From Octopus vulgaris (lineage: Eukaryota): a stretch of DNA of 64,000 bases. Below are positions 53,400-64,000 of this stretch, piece by piece. A program made the translations under genes and the position numbers. The stretch's first letter is position 1, and the number at the start of each line of letters is the position of its first letter. The stretch covers positions 13,764,001-13,828,000 of the forward strand of contig OX597842.1 of assembly GCA_951406725.2 (NCBI GenBank), in the 5' to 3' direction. Below the pieces are notes generated by a model. The model worked only from the letters and a program-made list of their open reading frames with translations. It was not told where the DNA came from and did no database searches.

Positions 53400-54251
53400 A
53401 AACGTCTGCTTTGGTCTGCTATTTCTGGTTAGATGCCCTTCCAAACATCAACCAATTTACAGCATGGGCTCAGTGCTTTTATCATACTTACCGACTATTC
53501 GTTGCGTGGTGGGGGGTGGGGGGGTCAGTTTCAAGTTAGTGGATAAGAGAATGAGGTAGGGAAGTGCATATGTTTGATCCTCTTTGGTAATGAATGACCA
53601 GGAGATTCCACCTAGAAAGTTCCCCACCAAGGTACGTATCCGGACAAGTTTGTTTATGGATGACCAGCAGACACCCATGCATAACAGAATACCCTCTCCA
53701 TGACAACAAAGTTATCCAATGGCAATTCAAAGACTGATACAGCTTCGCCCCAGGGATGTCACAACTCATTTCAACAACTCAGTGAACTGTAGTAACGTGA
53801 AATAAAGTGTCTTGCTCAAGAACTTCAACACACAGCCCGTTCAATGAATCGATCTCTCTATCTCCTGATTGTGAGCCTGGCGATCTTACCATTGAGTCAC
53901 GTACTTTCACAAAGCGGAAGGAGAGAGAAAGAGAAAACGAATAGTAGGGACTACAAGAGATAGATGATGGTAACGAAGTGACTCGGTGGCCCCATGGGGT
54001 AAAATGCAAAGCATTCGATACAGAAGCTGTAATTATGTGCCAAATAAAGTTTGCTCGAGGTATGGCTTTTATTTCTAGCATGTAGATAGCCCGATTGAAA
54101 ACCGTAGAATCGGGAGGTGAGGTTTATTTTTTTCCTTTTGAATAAATGGCATTTTACAAACAATGACTTTTTCAGAATCATCATCTCCAAACTTTTCTAC
54201 GTCTTTCACAAAAAAGGGAGAGGGGCGAGCTAAATCCGTGCCATATACGCC

Positions 54252-54310
<59 letters not shown>

Positions 54311-55058
54311 ATACATATATAGCCATATATGCTTCTGTTTGTCCAATATTCACCACTTGACATCCGCTGTTTTTGTTTACATCCATGTAACGTAGCTGTT
54401 ATATGAAGAGAGAACAAACAAATAAGCAGCAATTTGCATAAAGAGAAGCACTACTCGCTGTGTGGTTGACTAAACACTTCAATGCAGTGCTCCAGCATGG
54501 CTGCGTTCCGATGTTTAAAAATGGAGACGATAGGCCGTAAAAAGTACTTTAAATATAAAGCACGTAAAAAATTGACGAAATAGTGTTAAGGGAGGTAACT
54601 CACAATTATTGGTCATTTATTTGACATAAAATATGCCTGTTAATATTAGAGTATATTTCTGCGTGTGTGCTTTTATGCTGTGTGTACCTGTAATTCTTTG
54701 CCTGTGTCTGTTTGTGTATGGGATTGTGTGTGTGTGTGTGTGTGTGGGGGTGTTTGTGAGAGAGGGAGGGGGATGGGGAGTGTAAAGCATGGAAGGTTGG
54801 AATTATGCAGTAATAAGCTCTATAGAACAACCTTACATCGAAGGTTTTAGCAGTTTGCTCTTTACCTTGGATTTCTTTTATCCATTGGATTGTGGCCATG
54901 CTGGAGCACTGCCTTCAAGTGTTTCTGACAGGTTAACTGGACCTGGTTATATATTTGTACACTGTCCTTATTCTTCCGTCCTGTATCGCTGAACAAAGCA
55001 ACACCGTGTTCGGCTGCGGTCGTAGGATAAGCACACACATAAACGTGAACACACACAT

Positions 55059-55125
<67 letters not shown>

Positions 55126-56590
55126 GACTTCACAAGCTCCGAAATAAATGGAATGTTAGGGGTTAACGCCCATCTCTAACCTAAGGTAGACCAAATTTTT
55201 TGTTCATATTTACACTCAACGTAGGGTGTTTAAAAGTTCGCAGCCTGACGTCGAATTGGAAACAAGGGATTTTCCTCAAAGACTCAGGTCCCATAATTTG
55301 GATGTGGTATTAGTTAGAGAAACCTGGCTGAGAGAAAATACAGGCATTTCTCCCCTCCTAAACTGCCAAATCTCACACAAACTGTTTTTTTGTAACATGC
55401 ATATATACTCTGTATCGAATACCTATGGGGTATTCGTACACAATTGTGCCCCTCAATTTTGCTTCACATACATGCATATATATATATATACATATATATT
55501 GCTTTACTTGTTTCAGTCATTTGACTGTTGCCATGCTGGAGTACCGCATTTGGACAGGCCAACCGACCGCATTTTTTGTAAGCCTATTACTTATTCAATC
55601 GCTCTTATTTTGCCGAAACGCTAAGTAACGGGGTCGTAAACACACCAGCATCGGTTATCAAGCGATGTTGTGGGGACAAACACAGGCGCACAAACACACA
55701 GACACACACACACACACACACTCACACACATATGCCCTTCCAAACATCAACCATTTTGCAGCATGGGCTCGGTGCTTTTTATCATACTCCCCGACAATTC
55801 AGGTTGCCATGCGGATCGCATAACTGAAAATCCTGTTGGAGGGGTGGGGTCAGTTTCATGCTCGTGGATAAAGGAATGATTTAAGAGGTAGGGTTGTGCA
55901 TCTTTTTGTAGATCCTGTTTGGTAATGAGTGACCAAGAGATGACACCTAGAAGGTTCCCAACAAGGTACATATCCGGGCAAATTTGTTTATGGATGTCCG
56001 GCGGTCACCCATGCATAACAGAATACACTCTCCATGCCCACAAAGTTATCCAATGGCAAGTCAAAGACTGATACAGCTTCGGCGCAGTGATGTTGCAACT
56101 CATTTCAACAGCTGAGTGAAATGGAGTAACATGAAATAAAGTGTCTTGCTCAATTACTTCAACACACAGTCCATTCCATGAATCGAACTCATTATCTCGC
56201 CATTGTGATACTGACGATATCACCACTGAGCCATGCACTTTCACAGAACGGAAGGAGAAAGAAAGGGAAAATGAAAAGAAAGAACTACAAGAGATAGATG
56301 ATGGTAACGAAGTGACTCGGTGGCCCCATGGGGTAAAATGCAAAACATTCGATACAGCGTCTGTAATTATGTGCCCCAAAAAGTTTGCGTGAGGTATGGC
56401 TTTTATTTCTAGCATGTAGATAGCCTGGTTGAAAACCGTAGACTCGGGAGGCGAGGGCTTCTTTTTCTTTTGAATAAATGGCATTTTACAAACAATGACT
56501 TTTTTTAGAATCATTATCTCCAAACTTTTCTACGTATTTTACAAAAAAGTGGGAAGGGTGAGTTAAATCTGCGCCATATACGCCTATACA
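53400..56590 (+). repeat. Diverged direct duplication (53400-54250 vs 55730-56590) containing a minus-strand SINE-like element
   Basis: Shared GAGATAGATGATGGTAACGAAGTGACTCGGTGGCCCCATGGGGTAAAATGC and GTGTCTTGCTCAA at an offset of ~2.3 kb. Confidence 0.7.
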
Positions 56591-56598
56591 TACATACA

Positions 56599-56676
<78 letters not shown>

Positions 56677-57554
56677 TATACATTTATAGTCTTGATTGTC
56701 ATCATCAACAGAGTAAATAACATCATCATCATTGTCATCATCATCTAACATCCATGTTCCTTTCTGGCATGGGCTGGACACGATCCAAGGACTGCACTGC
56801 GCTCAAATGTCTGCTTTGGTCTCCTAATTCTGGTTAGATTCCCTTCCTAACATCAACCAATTCACAGCATGGGCTCGGTGCTTTTATCATACTACCCGCT
56901 ATTGAGGTTGCCATCACAATCTGCTTCAACCCCCACCCCTCCCGATTCTACGGGCTTCAAACAGGATATCCACATGCTAGAAAAAGCACCCAAATCACAC
57001 CCAAACTGTATTTTGGCTCATACGTACACAATCTGTATCGAATGCCTATGGGTTATTCCTACACAAATATGACCCTCGATTTTGCCTCCTTTTAGCTGGA
57101 AGAAAGGTTCATATCTTTAGTAAAATTTTTGATATATGGTGTACATGCTGATTATAATGGAATTCTTTTAGAAAACGTTTTTCCTAGAGGTGGGGAGAAT
57201 TTCAAAAAATTCCAATATCGGCATTTTTTGGACGAAGAAAGCTTTGATGAAATAATGAAAGAAATATGCAATCAATCTACTAATCTACTGCCACACCCAC
57301 CCATCCACACACATGCATATATACTCTTCACTCTGTACTGTTTTACTTGTTTTAGGGCATTTGATTGTGGCCATGCTGGAACACCGCCTTTAGGCAGGCA
57401 AATCGATCCAGGGCTTATTTTTTTGTAAGCCTATTACTTATTCAATCATCCTCATTTTCCCGAACCGCTAGGTTACGGGGTCGTAAAGACACCAGCATCG
57501 TTTGTCAAGCGATGTTGTGGGGACAAACAGAGACACACAAACATATACACACAC

Positions 57555-57585
<31 letters not shown>

Positions 57586-57670
57586 TGTATGTATGTATGT
57601 ATGTATGTATGTATGTATGTATGTATCTATGTATGCATTCATGTAAGTATGTATGTATGTATGTATATAT

Positions 57671-60600
57671 GTAGGAAGGAGGAACTCTTGAGAGTCAACA
57701 GCCATCCAATAAATGTTTAATCTCTTTTTTTTCTGTGTTTCTTTTTTTTTCTTAATGCTTAAGGCTGTATCATACGCGGGGACGTAGAAATAACCGGACT
57801 GAATATCCGATCGCGCGGTTAAACCATTGGGAGTGAAGGACTCCTAGTCTTTGTTAGGGCATCCTTCTAGGAGAAGGTAACTCAGGTAAATGGGATAACT
57901 CCGACATAAAACCTGCGGCTCAGTGGTTACCGATGATGTTGAATTGTTCTTCTTTTCGGATTATGGCTTCTGTTGCTTAGTGTGTGGGATTGCCTCAGTG
58001 CACAGTCTTTCCTCACTTTGAAAATATCTTCGTGCACAGGAATTGTACGATAACAACATTGGATTTATTAAAGTGATTAACTAATTCATGATTGTTGATA
58101 GTGCTGTGAGTCTCAACTGAATGGCTGGCTGTAGCCTTAAAAAGCAAAAATCAATGATGTACCAAAACAGTATAAAAATAAATGGCAGTAAGGACTCTGG
58201 AACCACATCAGCTGAAGGAGTCTGGCCCGGCAGGGGTTCCGGAGCATCACAGCCTGAACCCGGCCGTCATCATGCTACTCTGATAGAACCAAAGAAAATA
58301 ATGGATATTGGTTGTTGGAATGTACGGACACTGCTTGACCATAAGTCCTCTGAATGTCCTGAAAGAAGGACTGCGCTTGTTGCGAAGGAGGTTCAACGCT
58401 ATGATCTTGACATCGTTGCTTTATCTGAGACGAGATTACCTGGAGATGGTCATCTTACAGAATCTTGTGGAAAATATGCATTCTCTTGGAAAGGGAGAGA
58501 TGAAAAGTTTAGAGGAGAAGCTGGAGAGGCATTTGCTGTTAAGACTACTCTTGTGGTCAAGTTGGAAGAATTCCCAATCGAAATTAACGAGCGTTTTATG
58601 TCCATGAGAATCCCTTTGGCTAAAGAAAATTATATGACATTGGTGAGTTTGTAAGCTCCAACTATGTGCTATACAGATGACGAAAAACTTTCTTTCTACC
58701 ATGCTTTGAAGGGCATTATAAGAAATATCCCTCGGGCAGACAAAGTCATCGTACTGGGTGACTTTAATGCTAGAGTGGGTAGGGATTTTAATACATTGAG
58801 TGTAATTGCAAAGCATGGGGTGGGGAAGTGCAATAGTAATGGCATTCTTTTGCTGCAGATGTGTGAGGAGCTGAGTCTGTGTGTTACCAATACCATGTTT
58901 TGACCAAAGAATAAGCTTAGACTACATGGATGCACCCTGCATCTAAAGAATATTCTGGATTACATCCTAGTTAGGGTGCGTGACAGACAGGATGTGCAGT
59001 GTGATCGTGTTCTTCGTGGAGCTGAGTGTTGGACTGACCACCGCCTAGTACGTGCAACAGTGAAATTAGTCATAAAACATAAAATCCGAGCTGCAGGGAT
59101 GACCCTTCCTAAAAGACTGAATGTTGGTATAATAGTGTGAAGAGAACTTTACGAGAGGAAATGAATGCTGCAGATATTGGGGAGGATTGGCCGAACCTTA
59201 AAAAGTCAGTTTATGATATAGGCAGGAAAGGTCTGGGATTGATACAAAGAAAGCATCAAGATTGGTTCAAAGAAAATGATGAACATATAGATGATTTATT
59301 GGCTGATAAAAGACGTACTTTGTCACGCTATTTGTCAGCAAAGTCACAGGAAGGGAAGTGTTGCATAGGGAACTCAAGGACGTAAAATCACGTGTGAGGC
59401 AAAGGCTCTCTCAGATGAGGGATACGTGGTGGAGTAAGAAGGCTGACGAGATACAGGCGGCATCAGATTCCAATAACACAAAGCTGTGGTATGGTCTCTT
59501 GCGAGAAGTTTATGGACCGGCGTCTTCCCTGATGACACCAATTCGAAGCAGGGATGGTAAAGAACTTCTTCGTGATTCACAAGGAATTCTGCGAAGGTGG
59601 CAAGAACACTTTGATGAACTTTTGAATCAGCAGTCTGTAGTTAGTGAGGATGTTCTCAATCTCATCCCTGGATTGCCTGTGAAGGCAGCACTCGCAGAAC
59701 CACCAAAGTTGGAAGAAGTTGCAATGGCTGTCTCAAGGTTGAATAATGGGAACTCTTCGGTTATGGATGGCATACATGCGGAGTTGTTACAGCATGGTGG
59801 TGAGAAAATTTTGCAGAAACTTCACTCTTTGTTTGGTAAGGTATGGACTAGTGAATTTGTACCTGAGGACCGGAGAGATGCAGTGATGGTGGTCCTGTAT
59901 AAGTGAAAGGGCAACAGGAATGATTGTGGTAATTATAGGGGAGTATCATTGCTGTCTGCTGTAGGAAAGGTTTTATGCAGGATACTTCTGGATCGTCTGC
60001 TGAAATACATTGCAGATTGTGTTCTTGCAGAAAGTCAATCTGGCTTTCGTATGGGACGTGGCACTGCTGGTATGATCTTTTCAGCTAGACAGCTTCAGGA
60101 AAAGTGTGTGGAACAGGGTCTGGATTTGTATCAGGTTTTTGTCGATCTGATAAAAGCCTTTGATACCGTCAATAGAAAAGCATTGTGGAAAGTCCTCCAG
60201 AAACTTGGGTGTCCTGAAAAGTTCCTTGCTTTGGTTAGGTCTTTTCATGAAGATATGAATGGTAGGGTGAATGTTAGAGGGAAGATGTCGGAGCCCATTT
60301 CAATACAAAATGGAGTGAAACTGGGGAATATTCTGGCATTGACCCTATTTTCCATATATTTCGCGATGGTGTTCTGTATTGCATTCAGAAACTGCAGATA
60401 CGGTGTTTACGTCTATTATCGAAACTCTGGCAGCATGTTTAGTATCAGGCGCCTTGCTGCAAAGACAAAGATATTTACCTCTGTCATAAGAGACATTTTG
60501 TATGCTGATGATTGTGAGCTGGTAGCACACACAGAGATTGATATGCAACACATTTTGAATGCATTCTCTGATGCTTGCACTGCCTTAGGATTGACAGTCA

Positions 60601-61742
60601 ATCTCAAGAAAACTGTTGTCATGCATCAACCTGCCCCTGGTAAGCAGTATAGTGTACCAAATATCTATGTGAATGGTAAACGACTTGATGTAGTCGATCA
60701 GTTTGTCTACCTGAGAAGCACTATTAATAGATATTGCAATGTGGATGATGAAATTCAATATAGAATTAGGAAAGCAAGTGTTGCTTTCGGAAGGCTAGAA
60801 AAGCGCCCCTGGAGTCCGCGATACATATGCAGAAAGACAAAGATAAAGGTGTACAAGGCATGTGTCCTTCTTTCTCTTCTCTATGCCTGCGAGACGTGGG
60901 TCATATATGGAGACCACCTTAAACAACTGGAACGTTTCCATCAGATGTGCCTCAGACAGATCTATGGCATTAAGTGGAAGAACCGCATCAGTGATCTTGA
61001 ACTATTGGAAGTATAGAAGTATAGAAGCTCTTGTGTTAAAGCAAAGGCTGAGATGGAGTGGTCATCTGGTCAGAATGAAGGATTCAAGGATGCCAAAACA
61101 ACTCTTTTATGGAGAGTTAGCTAAAGGAGAACGACCTCCACATAAACCAAAAAAGAGGTATAAGTACTTGCTGAAGGCTTCCTTAAGAGATGCTTGCATC
61201 TGTCCTGACACATGGGAAGGCATAGCTATTGATCGTAGCAGGTGGAGAAGGATTGTGCATGAGAGGGCAGCCACATTTGAGAAATCTCGAGTTGCACATG
61301 AGAAAGTAAGGAGGGATGTCAGGAAGGGCATTGCTGTTACACTTCCATAAGGGAAGGATCTTCCTTTGATTCTGACATGCAATGTCTGAGCAAGACCCTG
61401 CCTCAGTAAAGCTGGACTCATGAGTCATCTTCGTAGTCATAAAACGAGACAGATAAGTGACAACCTGGCCACCGGTGGTGTTGTAACACACCATAATAAT
61501 CATATCTGTCGGGCATGTGGAAGAGGGTGTAATTCGGCAGGAGTGCTTAAACGAGATGCAAAGGTACATGAAGCCCAGTTACAACTACAGCCGGCTATTA
61601 CCAGTAAAGGTTTTAGTTGCCAATTTTGTACAATACATTGTAGATCTTTAGCTGGGCTAAAAAGTCACATTCGATCACAGCACCAGTAACAGTTAAGATT
61701 CGTGCAATAGCCAAAATCGATAACGAGGGGGTAGCCATAATA
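57671..61742 (+). mobile_element. Near full-length RTE-clade LINE with decayed ORF 58121-61689 (APE + RT + C-terminal C2H2-like fingers)
   Basis: IGCWNVRTL, IVALSETRL, GDFNARVG, QSGFR, FVDLIKAFDTV, LYADD, LLYACETW, RLRWSGHLVRM, PKQLFYGEL; several stops and frameshifts; flanked by (TATG)n. Confidence 0.92.
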
Positions 61743-61770
61743 ATGTATGTATGTATGTATATATGTATGC

Positions 61771-61937
<167 letters not shown>

Positions 61938-62085
61938 GATATCACCGTGATCACCGCGACCGACCTGGCTATCAGATGTTGCTACACATCGCTGGTCACA
62001 ACGCGCTTCGCATTGTTTTAGCCTTCAAATGACGCCACCCCGCTGGCTACGCGAGCAGGCCATATATATATATATATATATATAT

Positions 62086-63165
62086 ACATTCTTACAATAC
62101 TGTGACTGGTTGCTGAAACAGCTGCTCAACCACTCAAATGTGGAAGTGTTATATCTCGACGTTGCAAAGGCCGTTGATAAAATTTTATCATGGAATGATA
62201 TGTCACAATGTGCGTCATTTTGGCATGGTTGGAAAATTGGGAGAATGGCTTCATGAATTTCTGAAGGATAGAAATCAGGTAGCCAATGGGGCCACCTCAA
62301 ATGACTCGCAAATAGTGAGCGCTATTTCGCAAAGCACTATTTTCGGACAACTACTGTTCATAATTGCCCTCTGAGACATGCCCTCAGCCACACAGAGAGC
62401 CACGATCACAAATTATGCAGATGATGCAAAAGTTTCACATGTAATACAGAACCCTAAAGACGCTATGCACCTACAATGTGCGCTGGATGAAATATAGCAA
62501 ATGGGCCGAAAAGAATAGCATACTGTTTAATGCTGAAAAATTTAAAGCTTTGTTCTATCAGCATGCAAATCTAAATGCAGTACCCAGTAAATACACTGGA
62601 CCTGGAGGGATTGCAATCCCAGAGGCACAATCAGTGTGAGTCCTGGGCATTTACATGAGTAATGATGCAACCTTTCATGTGCATGTTGCTAAATTGGCAA
62701 TGGAATGTAGGCGGCTGACCGGATGCATTCTTAGAACGTTTAGAACAAGAGACCAGGAAACCATGATGGTCCTCTAGAGGACACTTGTCCTAACCCACTT
62801 TGACAATTTCTCTCACCTATGTTCACCAACCAGTGTCAAATTAATCGCAGAACGTGAGACAATACAACGAAGCTACACGAAGAAAATAGCCTCTATGCAG
62901 TATATAAGCTATTGGAAAAGACTCAAGAGATTAAGACTCTATTCTGTAGAGCGTATGCGAGAAAGATATGCCCTAATATACATCTGGAAGATCCTGGAAA
63001 GACTTGTCAAAAGCTTTGGCATCCAGAGTTAAACAAATACTAGAACTGGGCGCCACTGCATAGTGTCAATGACTCCAAACTTGCCATCAAGATGTAGGAA
63101 AATATACTGCAGTAGCCTGGGCTTTAGAGATCCACAGGTCTTCAATATCCTCCCGATGGACCTGA
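62086..63165 (+). mobile_element. CR1-group LINE fragment, close paralog of 27123-28150
   Basis: Shares diagnostic variants with the 27.1-kb copy (e.g. ATGATATGTCACAATGTGCGTCATTTTGGCATGG). Confidence 0.8.
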
Positions 63166-63166
63166 G

Positions 63167-63620
63167 GATTGGACGGTTCGACCGGGGTCTGGGAAGCCAG
63201 GGACTGCACCAGGCTCCAGTCTGATCTGGCAGTGTTTCTACAGCTGGATGCCCTTCCTAACGCCAACCACTCCGCGAGTGTAGTGGGTGCTTTTTAAGTG
63301 CCACCTGCACAGGTGCCAGGGGAGTGCGGCATCGGCCACGATCGGTCGGTGCTTTTAACGTTCCACCGGCACGGAAGCCAGCCAAGGTGGTGCTGGCATC
63401 GGCCACGTTCGGATGGTGCTGTTTATGTGCCACCGGCACAGAAGCCAGTCGAGGTGGTGCTGGCAACGGCCACGTTCGGATGGTGCTTTTTATGTGCCAC
63501 CGGCACAGGTATCACAACTACTATTTCCATTGATATTTATTTCAATGTTCATGTACTTCACTCAACAGGTCTCCTCAAGCACAGCGGGATGTTCTGGAAT
63601 CCAAGGTACTTTGAATGGGC
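63167..63620. repeat. Dispersed repeat, same family as 3697-4016
   Basis: GACCGGGGTCTGGGAAGCCAGG... with GC-rich ~60-bp subrepeats. Confidence 0.6.
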
Positions 63621-63848
63621 AGGGGCTATGCGTAACTGGTGCAGGAAGCATCCCGGGTTTTTATTCTTTACTGTTTTACTTATTTCTGTGATTTGACTGT
63701 GGCCATGCTGGAGTACCGCGTTTGGACACATGAGTTACTTATTCAATCGCTCTCATTTTGCCGAAACGCTAAGTAACAGGGTCGTAAACACACCAGCATC
63801 GGTTATCAAGCGATGTTGTGGGGACAGACATAGACACACAAACACATA

Positions 63849-63984
<136 letters not shown>

Positions 63985-64000
63985 CATATACAAAACAATT

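Noticed and set aside
57671-57960. HDV-like ribozyme at the RTE 5' end
   Set aside because: Such ribozymes are known in some RTE elements, but a convincing nested double pseudoknot could not be built by eye; a structural motif search is needed.

Overview
This is eukaryotic, AT-rich, repeat-dense DNA, most likely from an octopus (inferred from the SINE families and the [10 protein letters not shown]-type C2H2 array). There is one credible protein-coding gene: a 10-finger C2H2 zinc-finger gene on the minus strand (CDS 6626-7495), with a probable non-coding first exon near 14.0 kb. The rest is mostly transposable elements: mariner copies, piggyBac-, hAT-, pogo- and Merlin-like MITEs, non-autonomous Helitrons, several tRNA-derived SINE families, CR1-group and Tx1/L1 fragments, two kinds of Penelope-like RT relics, and a near full-length decayed RTE LINE. 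From about 27 to 63 kb it is a mosaic of direct and inverted segmental duplications. The most notable signal is a set of type I hammerhead ribozymes (CUGANGA...GAAA, palindromic stem III, GUC/GUA cleavage site) in four unrelated non-coding elements, all inserted into (TA)n tracts between 31.5 and 40.1 kb. These include a 2 x 535-bp tandem with one ribozyme per unit (retrozyme-like) and one element whose empty (TA)n site is visible in a paralogous copy within the window. Almost all short ORFs in the track are microsatellite or SINE artefacts. Coordinates were read by eye; no database search or folding was run.
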